Below, piece after piece: positions 1 through 13,800 of a stretch of 60,599 bases of DNA. Each line of letters opens with the position of its first letter. Position 1 is the first letter of the stretch. This DNA is from Hyphochytrium catenoides (taxonomy: Eukaryota > Protista > Hyphochytriomycota): NCBI GenBank assembly GCA_900088475.1, contig FLMG01002427.1, forward strand, positions 1-60,599, read 5' to 3'. The position numbers and the translations under genes are program-made. The notes beneath the pieces are model-generated. The model searched no databases, was not told the DNA's origin, and saw only the letters and a list, made by a program, of their open reading frames with translations.

Positions 1-19
1 TGTTCCAGTTTATATCCTT

Positions 20-3000
20 TCACCTCTTACTATTCTTCACAAGGTCAGAGAAGGTAACCACGCCTACCAGCCGCCCAAGCCGGGTCACATACACATGCGC
101 ACACCTGCCATCGAAGGGACAACAAGGAACAAGTTCAGTTAGCTAGCGGAGGACAGAAGTGAAAGAGAAGGACGTTGCTGATCGTAGAGAACGAGAGCAC
201 GGAACCAAGTGAGACTGATGGAACCAAGCCTCGAAGACTATAAAGGCGTGCATTAGGTAGAATGACGCAGGGAGAGAGATGATGATACGATGAAAGGAAG
301 ACAAGGCTCTCTCTCTCTCCTTTTCACTCTTGTCTCTCTTTCTCTCTCTCTCACTCACTCTTGTCTCTCTCTTTTCTTCCTCTTTCTCACCTAAGCATGT
401 CAAAGATAATGTGAATGTCTCTAATGGGCGTCTCTGGGGAAACAGTGAGAGCAATCGGTCCAAGCTTCTTCCTCTCAATAACAACCTAAAGTTCATCGGT
501 CAGCCAAAGTCGGGGATATGCGATTGGAATGGTGTTTCAAGAGAAGAGAGAGATATCACTGCCCCGATGAAGGGGTGAGGCTATCAGGGGAGACACGGGA
601 ACCACGAGCGTGGAGAGGGAACAGCACACACAGAGAGAGAGAGGGAGAGAGAGGGAGAAGGACGGTTGTTCTTACCTTTGACGTCTCGAGCAGCCTCTTC
701 TTCTCTGGATGCCAGTTAAGCGCGGTCACCTGCCCAACAAACCAAGAGAATGAGAAGAGGTAGCGAACAATAAAAGAGAAAAGGCTAACCAGCGATGAGC
801 GCGAGAGAGAGGCGTGCATGAAAAGGATGTGGAAGCTAAATGAGAGGATGAGACAAGAGAAAAGAGAGAGAGAGAGAGAGTGTACTCTTACTCGTAGGTT
901 CTCTTCCTCCCAGTCTCTCTGTTCAAAAGTGACATCATTAATGTTCTTGAACGATGCTGCCCGCGAATCGAGCTGCATCTTCATCTGGGCGGCCAACAAA
1001 CTACCACGGCCTATGGTTGTCGAGTTCTGGCCAGACAGAGAGAGAACGAGAGAGCAAAGAGAGAAGGACAGGAAAGAGGTGCAGGGGGAGTTAGCGGGAG
1101 AGACAGAGAGGGAGAAAGGCCAAGAAAAGAAGGATAAACTATAAGCGCAAAGCTCATAGCAGAGAGCTTTGGAAGTGGAGCTGAATGGGAGAGAAGATGG
1201 GAGAGCGAGGAAATACGCAGCAGCAAACATAGAGATGAAGAGAAAGAAATATATGCGGCAGCTGGGAAATGGAAAGGGGCGCCTCCTTACAATGGACGAG
1301 TAGTCGAAGTCTATCAGTGTGGAGCTATCGCCCAGATCACTCTCTAGACCAGATAACGAGTGGTGCTTGTAGAACTCACTGGCAAATGGAAGGGAGATCG
1401 TCAGAAGTAAAAAAGTTCATGGAGAGGCAAGAGAGAGACAGAGAGAGAGCGCGAGGTCGGGCGGTAACTTAGCTGCCTCTCTCTACTTGACTGCCCTACT
1501 TTCCAGGTTGTATTGCCATCAACTTTTGAGGTGGCCTCGTCTACTAACGAGTACATGCTACACTCTCACTTGTGCCCCTATAGCCTCATGTCCTGTCTTG
1601 CTTGATACCTCTCTCTCTTACCAAGCTCCCGCTTAACGCTTGCTTTTTTTAGGTCTCTGTCTGTTCCACCCGTAGCCTCCCTCTCACTTCTTTTCTTCAT
1701 GGCGTTCATCTACTTCACAGCATCACATTATCTCCTCGGATGCTTTCTCAGTCAAACCGCCTTTCTACTTACGCAACTATCTTGACAATGGTCTTCTTGC
1801 TAACGATCCCTAGCAGAATGGGGTCGTCCCTCTCGCTCACGACTGGGACAGTCCTCAACTGACATGTCCGCGCCACCACAAGAAGCTCTAGGATGGCCGG
1901 CCGCTCAGAGACCTTCACCACTTCTTCCTCCATAATTTCTGACGCCTTGAGGTCTTTCTCGAAGACCTAGACAGAGGGGGAAAAACGCGAAGGAAGAGAG
2001 AGAAAGAAAGAGGCAGAGATAGAGAGACAGAGAGAGAGACAGAGAGAGAGAGTGGTCAATCATACGACAGGGTCAGAATTACGATAAGGAACATTTGCGC
2101 ACCTCAAGGGGAAGGTAAGGCAGGTTGTTAACTAGGAGAAGCGAGTCGTAGATGCTGCGGCTAAGCAGATTTCCTACCCCGTACGCGGTCAGCACTGCCA
2201 GTAGCACTGCGGTGAGGGAAGCAAAAGAGTGTTGAAAAGTCAGGTCAAATGCGTCGAAACGGGAAGAGAGCGTGGCCCTAGAAAAGAGACAGAGTATAAG
2301 GAAACCGCAAGGTTGCAAGGCTCTACCATGTTAGAGGGCTAAGAGCCGAATCCAAAGGAGCGGACAGAAGCACAAAAAAATGCAGTGGCCGACTTGATGG
2401 CTAGCAGTGTGTCATTGTCTCAAAACGAGAAAGAGTTCTTCTACGGCTTTTGCTCTCTCCTCAACAGCAATCAGGTTCGCTCTTCTCAGCTCATGCCCAG
2501 CGCCATTCAACGGCTCTTACCTGACAGAGAGTTGTTGACTGTCCCTGTTATCTCTACGACAACTATCGCATTACTTATACTTCTAGTGACGCCCGTGGCC
2601 AGAGCTGCCCCGCCAACGAGCGCGTATACTACCGGGTCCGCATCCAGAGATGGCACCGCGCTCTTGAGCCCTTGGCCCAATAACCGCCCTAGAACAGTGC
2701 CTAAATAAACAGGGAAGAGAGAAGCGAATGAGATCAAAGATCGACGCTACGTAAGGCTTGGAAAGAACGCACGACGTCGACTTCTGCCACATAGCCTGCC
2801 TTCTTTGCCTTTATGGCACATTGTCAATACTGAGGAGCCTCACTCTACCTGCTACAAAGCCAGGCAGCCAGACGCCAAAAGGGATTCTGAGCGTGAGACA
2901 GAGCGGCATAATAAAACATAGCGTGAGGCTTATCAGAGCTATCGCTAAATATTTGTTCATGCCGATGTCATAGTCAGGGATCTCCGCTGGATTTAGAGCA

Positions 3001-6000
3001 AGGTTGGAGAGAGGAACTAGGCCCTGCAAGCAAAGGTTGAGCAGCGATCATCGTCAGTTCAAACTCTGCCTCACACAGCGAGAAGGAGATAGAGAGAAAC
3101 ACAGAAGAGAGAGAGAGAGAAATGAGAGACGAAAGAAGTCCGTGATAGAGTGACAAAGGAGCAAGAGATGCTTCGCATAAGGTGTTTAGATGCAGACTTT
3201 TGGCGAAAGGTCTGGGCGACATTAAAGACGTCACAACGGTGGAGAAGATGACTTTTACTAGTCAGCTTCGTCCGAGGCAAAGAAAGACCGAACTTATAAG
3301 ACAAAAGACAGGGAAAGGCAAGAAAAGCAAATCAACCTTCTCCCAGTAGGTAGAGAAGTAGAACTCTGCCGTACTGACTAGTACTGCCACGATAAGTGGA
3401 TCTATATAGAGGACGAAGCGTTGCCACAGCCGACCTCCTTTCGCTACCGCCCTACGCCACCGAACGGCGAACTCTGTGAGACGGACTATACCCGCACCCA
3501 CAACGCCCTACAGGTGAGGTTAGAAGGCAAGCCGAGAATAGAGGAAGGAGAGAGGAAAGCGATGAGGGCACCATTGAAGAAGGGAGGAGGGACAAGTCTT
3601 AAGCAAAACCTAAGAAAGGAGCAAGACGGGACTAGGGTGTCAAAAAGGAAGGGAAAGAAAGGACACTAGAGACATTCGTGGGAGGCCTACCAAGACAGCG
3701 GCAAGAAGAGTATAAATTAGAAAATTGATTGGACGCCCCAGAGGTGTCCGGAAGTCAAAAATCTCCTGGGTTGAAGTGAGGACAAAATCCTGCAGTAGAA
3801 GGTCAGTCCTGGGTCTCCGTCATTCACCGCGTTTTCTCTAACTATGGACTTCTCCCTTCCTAATCCCTTCATATGCTCAATCTTCTCAGTCATATGCTCT
3901 ATCTTCTCAGTAAATTCCCAGGCCCCGGACGAAGCAGAGAAGGTGGCGGTCGGACCGAGTGTTGATAAGCCAGGACTGTCATGCTCTCTACGACGTACCT
4001 AAAGAAATTGATCCGCCTCTAGACCATATATCTCACTCTGAGCACTACCTTCGCCACCTTGACCCCAACCCTCGCCACAGATTGCATAGCTCCTCTCTTC
4101 CCCTTTTACCCTCTTCGTCTTCTAGGTTCCTTCCATCGCTTCTATCTCTATTATCTTCAGAAACGGGTACTTACTCTGTACTGGGGCGTTCTGTCCTGGC
4201 CGGTGATTTCCCAATAAATAATGAGGTAAACGCTGAGAACAGCTGCCATGGAGCCCACAAAGCCCTTCCAATAGTTCGCCAATAGATNNNNNNNNNNNNN
4301 NNNNNNNNNNNNNNNNNNNNNNNNNNNNNNNNNNNNNNNNNNCCGGACGCGAAAGACGTTGAAATGGCAAAGAGCGGCACCAAGGAACAGGCAGCAGTTT
4401 ATGCAAGATGATGCTCGATGATCCCCGAGCAGAAAAGATGAGAAAGTCGAGAGCGAAGGAATGCGGGCGACAGTAACCCACCGACAGCGGTTGCCGCCTC
4501 TATGACTGCTAATCTACTAGACTTGTTGCCATCGCCAAGCCAAGGAATCTTGAAGAGTATCTCAGCAATCATTGCACTGAAAGAAGGAACAAAAAGTAAG
4601 AGAGTTACGTTTTTGAACAGGCCCGTCCGTCCAGTCATTCCTTCACTATACCTTATATGTGCGGATGGGCCCTCTCTTCCGATGGGAATCCCTGACCCTG
4701 CAACAAGTATAATCCCTAGTGTCTGAAGAGATATCACGGTTGAGCTTTGATAAACCGGAGTCTGACTTGTCGAGAGCGCAGAGAGAGTTCACAGAGCGAA
4801 TAGATGGACGACAGACCAACCACAGCGTGCTCCAAAGGCCAGAGGTAAAGCTACGAAGATAATCGGACTGGACCTTAACAACTAGGGTCCTAAAGCCTAG
4901 ATATCCTGGGATATCGACTCCCGCGAGGACTGTCTTTAGCTGCGGGATTCCTGAGCCTGCAACAAGCGTAATGTCCCGCATCGAGAAGATCCTTTTAGTA
5001 CGTGAAGGGATGACGGAACAGGCAGAAAGAAGGGAAGCAGACTAGCACGGTGGCAGAAGAGCTGGAGACTGTGAATGGGTCAGTTGACGGCAAGCTAAAG
5101 GCTAGAGAGTAGGAATATGTATATCGAAGAAAAAAGACAAAGACTAGGGAGATCTATGCAGCGACCTGATGCGAAGGGCGCAAGGTGTATGCAGAAGAGG
5201 ACTCCTAGCTCCAAGCTGGCAGCGGTGAAGACAGTGTACAGCAGCCACCGGAGTGCACTGTTGCTTGTCGCGTTATTGATAGCTTCGCGCACACTGTACA
5301 TCTGGTGAATGGCTCTACAAGTCGCGTCGGCAGTAATAATGGAAAGGAGAGTGACAAAGGAATGGCAGGTAAGAGGAAGCGAGGTATCAGTGCATTGTGA
5401 CCGCATTGTATGAGGACAAAAGGAAGGATGAAGGGCAAGGGCCCTGAAGATAAAAGGAGAGGAAGAAGAAAGTGGTCAAACGTAGGAGGCGAAAAGAGAA
5501 CAAAGAGAGAGAGAACCTCACCGCGATATGCCATAGATGAGAGACCCTGCCAGGATTCCATTCAAAAGAATGATGACGACAAAGCGTACGTTTGCCCTCA
5601 CCACGGGAGGGACGACGCCTTGGCTGCTATAGGAGTAGTCTCCTCTGGAGGATGAGCGCACATAGTCTAAGGTTGTGTCGTGCGTATAGGACGGTGGCAT
5701 GAGATCTCCGATGGAAAAGTGACGGGCGTTGACATTGGCGCCTGCATTCATGCAATAGAGTAGAGGCGCGGAGAGACGTATCGCCACGTTCCGCAAAGAG
5801 AGTGGGAGAGGGAACGACGAAGAGAGGGGGGAAGGAAACGAGAGACGGGGAAAAGGAGAGAGGGAAAGAAGGAGAGAGAGAGAGAGAGGTGAGGTGAGAT
5901 GAGATGAGAGAGAGTCAGAAATAGACCAGAGGACATCAAAAGCTCCTTGAGAGAGAGCACTAGCAGAGTTAATTAACGAAAGAAGAGCTCCGAGTATAAG

Positions 6001-6535
6001 AGAAAGAGAGAAGACGTTAGAAATCCTCCAAAAGGACTCTGTTTGAGGTGGACAGAGAGAAGCCCTGATATTAGGCCATGGGAAGCTAAGGAAGCGGTAA
6101 GATGTGCGGCACCAGGCAAGGGACCTTGAAAGGATGAAAGAAGCACAGGAACAGTGATAGACAACAGGTAAGAGAGAACGCATGGACAGCACAGACAGCA
6201 AAAGGAGGATGAGGTTCAGAGTGAGACGAAGAGAGTCCAAGAGAAAGAAGAGTATGTGAGGGTGAGAGAGAGATGCAGCAGCATGCCAATAGCTTACGAA
6301 TTTGGGCGGCAAGGTGTCCTCCGCCACTTTTCCGCCGCAGCGGTCGCACGTGGTCGGCTCCTTCTTCCAAGTAGCCAGTTTTGGCTTCCTCGTTCTCCCA
6401 GCTCTTGGTCAGTGAAGCCATGAATTCATCCAGAGCAACCTCTGGCGAGGTTCTCTCTGTCGATGGAGATGCGCTCTCTTCGTACTGAAAGCTGAAGACG
6501 CCATTCAGATTCGGTCTATCTTGTCTCTCACTCAT
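20..6535 (-). CDS. CLC-family chloride channel/transporter with C-terminal CBS domains (multi-exon)
   Basis: Exon translations contain CLC signatures: GSGIPQLKTVLAG (~4960-4920), GSGIPIGREGPSAHI (~4700-4655), IPFGVWLPGFVAG, YALVGGAALATGVTRSISNAIVVVEITG and SIYDSLLLVNNLPYLP. CBS pieces are TVSPETPIRDIHIIFDMLR and CAHVYVTRLGRLVGVVTFSDL, with stop TGA at 22-20. The start ATG at 6535 (MSERQDRP) is tentative. One exon is interrupted by the N gap 4288-4342. Confidence 0.93.
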
Positions 6536-7113
6536 TTTCCTCTCTCTTTCCTTGTCTGGCAATGGTCATACGTCTTCCTAGACGTGCCGAGGACCTTTTG
6601 CTTCGTTGTTAACCAGGCCCGCCATCAAGAGAGGAGAAGGAAGAACTAGAGACACTCTTTCCCTCGTCCTTTCAGTGTCTCTCTCTCTCCTCCCTCTCTT
6701 TCTCTTCTTCCTTGGTCTTTATCCTTTTCCTCTTTCCTCTTCCATTCCTGGCAGTCGGGCTTTAGAAAAGAGAAGAAGATATCTATGAAAGAAAGAGAGA
6801 GAGCAGAAGGGAGGTCGAGGACCGCAGTGGAAGCGAAGTCGTCCTCCTGATTGAGGTAGGTAAGCTTTATAGATATGTAAAGAATCAACGCAAAAGGTAG
6901 GACAGGGAGAGAGTGAAAGAAGAGGAGAGAGGAGAGGCGCAGAGAGAAAGAGTGAGAGGTTTCCGGCGGCAGTTGCTGCTACTTCCTTCTGCCTCTGATA
7001 CCGTAGCTTCCCGCACCATCGCCATCAGATGGGACAAGGAATGTGAATGCAATCAGTGTGATGGATGATGGGGAACAGACAGATGAGAACACTGGGAAAC
7101 GAAAAGACAGAGT

Positions 7114-7156
<43 letters not shown>

Positions 7157-7445
7157 NNNNNNNNNNNNNNNNNNNNNNNNNNNNNNNNNNNNNAGGTAGA
7201 GAGAGAGAGAGAGAGAGAGAGAACTTTATCCTTGATACTTTCCCTTCAGGTTGACCAATGCAGTAATAATACTAAGAGTAACCAGTTGCCCTCCAGCCCA
7301 TTACCTCCGGCAATCTTGTAATAATATGCAGCTGTAGATTACTGGGCTTCAGTAATCAGATGCATCCGTTTTGCTCCTCCCTCCCTATCTCTTCTCCCTC
7401 TCTCTTCCTCTTCCTCTCTCTCTCTTTGTCTCTCTCCTCTCTCTC

Positions 7446-7483
<38 letters not shown>

Positions 7484-8355
7484 CCTCTCTCTCGCTCTCT
7501 CTTTTCTCCCTCGCCCTATCTGTCTTGTGGTTCTCTCTCTCTGTCGCAGGCTCTGAGAACCTTCAATCTGGTCAACTAGGCTAAACGCTGCCGTCTAGAA
7601 GCTTACTGTCCTCACAGGCTCACTCTCTCTTTCACTTGCTTCCGTGGAATCTATGGACCTCTCTTCTTTTGGATCCATCGTATTTCGCTCTATTCCGGTT
7701 GTCCTCTCCTTCATGCTTTGATCTCTTCTTCTCAAGCTACTTCCAGCTGTTGGTAGATGATAAAGCCGTGTCAGACTGGCTGGCCCCTGTCATTCCAAGG
7801 ATCACCAGCCTGGGAGTGGCAGTGCGGCCCTACTTCTAAGTAATGATCTGCTTCTCCAGGAATACAGCTGGGGTTACCCGTCTTCCGCCTTAGGTCTGAA
7901 ACGCGGTGTGAGCAGAGGCATCGCCAATCCCTTCATTAGCCAGCAGCTCCGTAGACAGTAGATACGAAGTGTGGGGAGCTCCTTTGTGGTGGTAGCTCTA
8001 AGCAGGGAAACAGAGGAAAGAGAGAGAGATTTCTGCGGGGAGTGGAGGCGTAGTAACAAGTGTGCCGGTAGGACGAATGACCTTATTTTTATAAATATGT
8101 AGGACACTACTCTGTAGCACTGACAGTGCTACATGGGGCTGAGACGTCCCCTTTCGTCCCTCCTTCGATGTTCCTCTTTCATTCTCTCTCTCTCTCTCTT
8201 TCTTTCGCCTTGTTCCCTTCCTTCTGCGCTTTGTCTAATTTACAAAAAGTCCTGTCCTTCTCTGCAGCTCCTTTTTTCTCGGTTCGCTCTCCTTCCGTCT
8301 CTTTCGTCTTCTCCCTCTCTCTCTCTCTCTCTCTGTGGCTCCCTTTGCCCTTACA

Positions 8356-10854
8356 TTACATTAGTAAGCTCTTAGGCACGTATCGGGGTAAAAGGTCCTC
8401 TTCCTCCAAAAAGTGCAGAGGAAAGGTGACGATATGTCCTTGGACTGTGGAAAGCCTCGACAAAGTTCCATAGGCTGTCCCAGCTCTCTCTCTCCCCGCC
8501 GGAGGTTCCTCCTTCATTAGGTCGGAGGCAGGCGACGGTGTTTGTTCCCCTTCTCTCTCTTCTCCTATCCCTTCCGCAGCCAGCATTTGTCCTAGATCCC
8601 GAGCTCGCATAGACTGGGAAGCGTGGGGAAGGGACCGATACTGGACAGGATTGAAATAAAAAGAGTTAGAACCAAAGGAACGAGAAGAGGCAAGCCTGGA
8701 AAGAATCAAGGTATACGAGCAAACGATCAAGAAAACATCTCAAGGCAATCATCTACCAAGGGGAGATGAGGTGCAGTGCATGTCCACGGCAGAGCTAGAG
8801 GGAGGGACAGAGAGAGAGAGAGAGTAAAAAACGTTGTTCTTGGGCAGGCAAGGCACGGACTCGCATACCGAAGCACTCTGCATCCTCCTCATAGCAAACG
8901 ACCCAGGAAAGGCGTTTCTGGATGCAGTCAAACTTCTTAACCTCTTAACTCTCCGGCCGCTATTGTCTTGGGGCGAACCTTCATCTGGTGACTCCTGGCT
9001 AGGCTTGGACTGACAGTGAGGGACTCTGTCTTCTTCCCTTTCTGCTTCTCTTCCTCCTTCCCTTCTACCTAACCATTCTGGACTCGATGTCTCCTCCCGC
9101 AGCCAGCTTGTTAGCTTCGGAAGCAAGCGAGAGGAAAGTGTGCCATCGGAATCTTCGTCTTCTTCCTCTCTCGCTCTAAGGACGAGCGGGGAGTACGTGA
9201 GCACAGGGTCTTCTCTCTCCTCAGCCTCTCTCTTGTGAATCCAGCGCCTCCTCCTTACGGCACTTCTCCATTTCTTCTGCAAGAACAAAAGTCGGAGCCT
9301 TTCCCTTCTGTTTCTCACGCCAAACTCGGCTTTCAGCTGCAAAAGATCTGCCTGATTGAACGCTTGGAAGTCGTTCGCATAGACCCAGCCCTCTCGGTCG
9401 TGGGGGAGGAGCCTGTCCACTTTTGAGGTGGGATGGAGGATCTATATGTGGCGGACCGGGGAAAGAAAGAGAAGGTTAATGCGGCAAAAGCGAGTTAAAG
9501 AGCATCCGCAGAGGTTTGGAGTACACTCTTACAAACAAGGTCAAGGATCAAAGCGGATGCAGAGATAGAGATGAGAATGCGGAGCCTGCAAAAGCTAACT
9601 ACACTAAGAATGGAAACTACCAAGCCCGATCTGAGAACACGCACAGAGGGAAGAGAGGTGCTGCACCTGATACTCCGTAAAGTCAAGACTGTTGGCATCG
9701 ATAGACCGCCCGGAAGGATCGGTTAAAGGAGTCGCGGTGGGCTTCCACGCCTTCTCCTGGGCCGACCACTCTTCGTTCTCAAAAAGCTCCAGCACATCTC
9801 CAGAGAGATCTGAAAGAGAGAAAGACAGTCCAACATAACGACATCAGACGAGACACACCCTGGACGATTAGCCAAAAGAGTGTCAAGCTGGTGCTCCCTA
9901 GGCTTACTCCCTCCTGTCGTTACTTTGATCTCTATCCTTTTCTTCCCCTATGCTTACCCGTGAACTTTTTCACTTGATCTGTGGGGAGGCAGCGGAAGAC
10001 TTGGTGGTAGATATCCGAGTTCATGTTTGCTATTTCGTGCAACTGAGTCCACGCTTGGGGAGAGGCCAAATCGTCCAGCTGGCGGAAGAGCGGGTTGTCC
10101 TTCAAGCACAGAAGCTCGTGTCAAAAAGATTGGCGAGCATGGGGCACATACCAGTAAGCACCCGCGAGAAGAGGCACGAAGCTCATAAACCCATGAAGGT
10201 GAACAATAGGAAGAGGAGACACACGCGTCGGAAAGCCGAAAAAAAGTTCTAAGTAGGCTCCGGGACGTGGGCAAGACGGACGACCGATCAGCTACCTGTT
10301 CCATCCCTAAATGCTCCGCAAGAAGCTGCATGCGCAGATCACGCGCAAGCTTTCCGACGGAGAAAGAAACACCACCAAGAACTCCATCCGAGAGCTCTAC
10401 ATCCTGCACAACGAGAGCTATTTCGCTATCCCTGTGACCGAAAAGCACAGCAGAAGAGGGAGCAGGTCCTTCAGATCACGCCAGAAACGCAGTGACGTCG
10501 GAGAAGAAGCAACTACTAGCAAGTTTCCATGGAGAAGTTATTCAGAAGAGCAGGAAGAGAGTGATACTCTGGGCAGGTAAAGACAGCGAGAAGAAAGAAG
10601 TTCTTTTAACGGGTGAAGAAGAGTAACAATGTACCTGTCTCCAAGTAGACTTCTGTCGTTGATGTTCGCTGAGCCGATGATGACCGTCCTATCGTCGACT
10701 ATCATAATCTTACTATGAATGTAGATCTTTCCACAAAGAAGCCAGAGTCAGTCTTTCAACTCCACTTCACTAGAGTCTTAGCTAGCAGGGGAGAAAGGTG
10801 TTCTCCCTATCCTACACCTCTCTTATCGTGAACGCAGCCATCACATATTTCGAC

Positions 10855-10894
<40 letters not shown>

Positions 10895-13800
10895 CGTTCA
10901 TCTTCCCCACTCTCGCTCTTGGCCTTTCTCTCTTGCTCTTCGGGATCTATTCGATCTTCTCTCCGGGAAAGAGAGAAGCTAGAGTTACCTGTTCCGTGGC
11001 GGTATAGCCAGCAGGCAGACTTCCATAGTTCCTGAGGCCAAAGAAGGCGATATACTCCGTGGGATCAATGTTATTCTTCTCCAAGAAGCGATAGAGCGAG
11101 TGCTCTCCCCGCGTTATCGTTTGGTACTAGGACCCAAACAGTAAAAAGACAATAGCAAATACACACGATAGAGGAGAAGCAGCCCGTTTGTGAGTGTCGA
11201 AGCGTACGGTCTCTCCTTTCCTCTAGGCTTATGGCTCCTTATATATGCTGACGGTTCGGCCGCTCTTCCTCCTTAAAAAATCATGCTCCTTGTACCATCC
11301 TCACTACCGTTCCCTCCTCTCTCTCTATCTGTCCCTTGTTTGCCCGAGGTGCAGCTCAATTTACCTGCCAGTACATTACTCCTTGGAGCGACGTCGCCGC
11401 TTTCGATCCCACTTCGCCCTCAAATCCGGGCATCAACGGAAGGAATATGAAGACTCGGAACTCCTTTCCCTCCTCATGTGCCTAAGGTGCAGAAAAAAAG
11501 GCTAGCTTCAGAACCACTCTGTTGGTACCTAGGACGCGGTCAATGAAGGAGGCAGAAGCTGGGGGTACAATTTGCGCGAGTGAGACAAGAGAGCTTTTTC
11601 CAAACAAGAACGACAATCGAAGACGGTGTCCCTGGTAGGTCCTTGTCGCGCTGCAAGATGAGACAAACTTGAAGAGAAAGAACAAAAGTGACAGGAGAAA
11701 GAGCAGATCGGGTTGCTCTTCTAGTTAATCAGCTCGAGGAGGTGAAGAAGGAGGGAGGAAGCCGCAGGAGCATCGTGGTGTGCTCACCCTGACTATTCTA
11801 TTTGCCAGAGCTTGGAGGACCCTGTTCTGAATGTTGCTCTCGCCCTCCAGGCCCGACACAAAGAACTGGTTCTCTATGTAAATGTAGTGTTCTGCTCTTT
11901 CTATTTCCTCCATGTACGCACTCTGGATGCTGCTCTCTGTGGGAACTCCCCCGGACCAGAGAGAGACAGAGCGGACTACCTGCACCTGGCACCGGATCCT
12001 GCCATCACAAGCTACAGGAGCAGGAGAGCATTGCGGGCCATGGCATACAGTCTCGGTTTCGCCTTCGAGAGTCTGCGGCTGGCTAGTGAGAGGAGGACTG
12101 TCTAAGAAATCTACTTTGGCAGCTGGCCCTTCCACTTCTTTGTCAAGTGCCTCTGGGATATCAATTAGACGGGAAAGAGGAGGGGTTCCAGCGGAAGTGG
12201 AGGGCTGCGGAGTTGAGAAGCTGCTCTTTCCCTGTTGTTCCACGGTGCATACGGCCTCAGTCAGTTCTGAACGGTCTGCTGTCAGTTCTGAGGGGTCTGC
12301 TCGGGGAAGTAGAGCTATCTCGTATCTCTTCATTCTTCTTCTTCGACAGCATTGACAGCTGAAGATAAGGGACGGGTCAAGAGGCAAGAGAGAACCCGAC
12401 TGTTAGTGACGTTATGATAGACAAGATTTTGTAGAGGAACGAAGTGAGCGGGAGAGAGAGAAAGAGAGAGAATGGGGGTGGAGAGGAAAAAGAGAGAGTA
12501 CAAGGAGATAAGGAGGAGGCAACAGGAGAACAGGACGAAGAACGTAAGGAAAGCAAGGTAGGGCCTGACAGAGATTTATAATGATCGCCAAAGGATCAGG
12601 TTCAAGTCTGATCTTCAGTGAGAAAAGTGAGCATGGAGAAGAAGAAAATATGCATTGTCAGCAGTGAAATGAGAGCAGAGCGATAAGACTGACCATCCAA
12701 AGCGCAGCCTGCTTCTTTTCTTATAAAGAACATAGTTCCATCTTTCTATGAAGTGCCGCGCCACATCCCTCGCCCCTGCTCCCCGCATTGAACAATGGAC
12801 ATCATGCCAGGGAAGTCGTGGCACTTCTTCTCTATCTATCATGTCTTCGTATGGTCGCTCCACGGAAACGAAGTCCTTCACCCTTTATAAGGAGAGAATG
12901 CAAGATAAGCCGAGTGTGTCCAAAGGCAAGAAAGAACGAAGACAAAAGAGGGAGATGTGGAAAGAGAAGAAGTAAAAAAGAAGGGTTGCGCTGTCTGTAG
13001 ACAACGCTGACATTCAATCAACTCAGAGTGCTGTCTATTTCCTGTTCTGTCCTAGCTCTCTTTACCTGGGGTTTGAATAGTCCTTTCCAGGCCAGATGTA
13101 TGGCTTCTGATAGTCCTGCAGTTGATGCTTCGCATTGTCAAAGCGTCCAAAGGCAGGGTCCAGGCCTCCGACAAAGGCGATAGATTGGTCCATGACTAAG
13201 ATCTTTTCATGATGAGACCAAAAGCCCAAATCCTGCATCTGGAAGTCTGGGTCTCTCTTAACCAAAATGTTCGGGTGGGAGAGGAGGCGGCGCTTTGCAA
13301 AAAGGCTGCGGTAAGAACAGTGGGCAGAACACGAACGTTAAGAGGGTAAGCGTTAACGAGCGGAAAGAGAGATCTGGCATAGGGATTCGATTCCATCTCT
13401 CAAGGGCCTTTCAGTGAAAATCATGGCACTCAGAAGGAGCGTGTAAGTTGGCAGCAAGAAGTTCCCCAAAGAAAGGTCGCAAGAAACACAAGCGGCATGG
13501 AATGTTCTCTTTTGGGTGACTGGACAAGGAGCAGTTCCCATACAGTAGCGGTCGGGAGCAGGAGGTCATAAATGAGGTAAGAGTGGACGGATAGCTTGGC
13601 AGCTGTCACAACTGGAGTGACAAGCGCAACCTACCTTGCGTTCGTCAAGAAGGCTTTCGGCTCTTTATAGATCAGCACATACACCTTAACTCCTGCTTCA
13701 GCCCTTTCCCTCAGCACCTCATCCAGTCTACTCGAAGGATGGAGGTCAGCAGGCCTTAACAGATATAAATCAGGGCAGAGCCACCAAGCGGTAAGCATTA

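Noticed and set aside
7841-7900. C/D-snoRNA-like ATGAT...CTGA stretch
   Set aside because: The C box is imperfect, and there is no terminal stem or recognisable rRNA complementarity.
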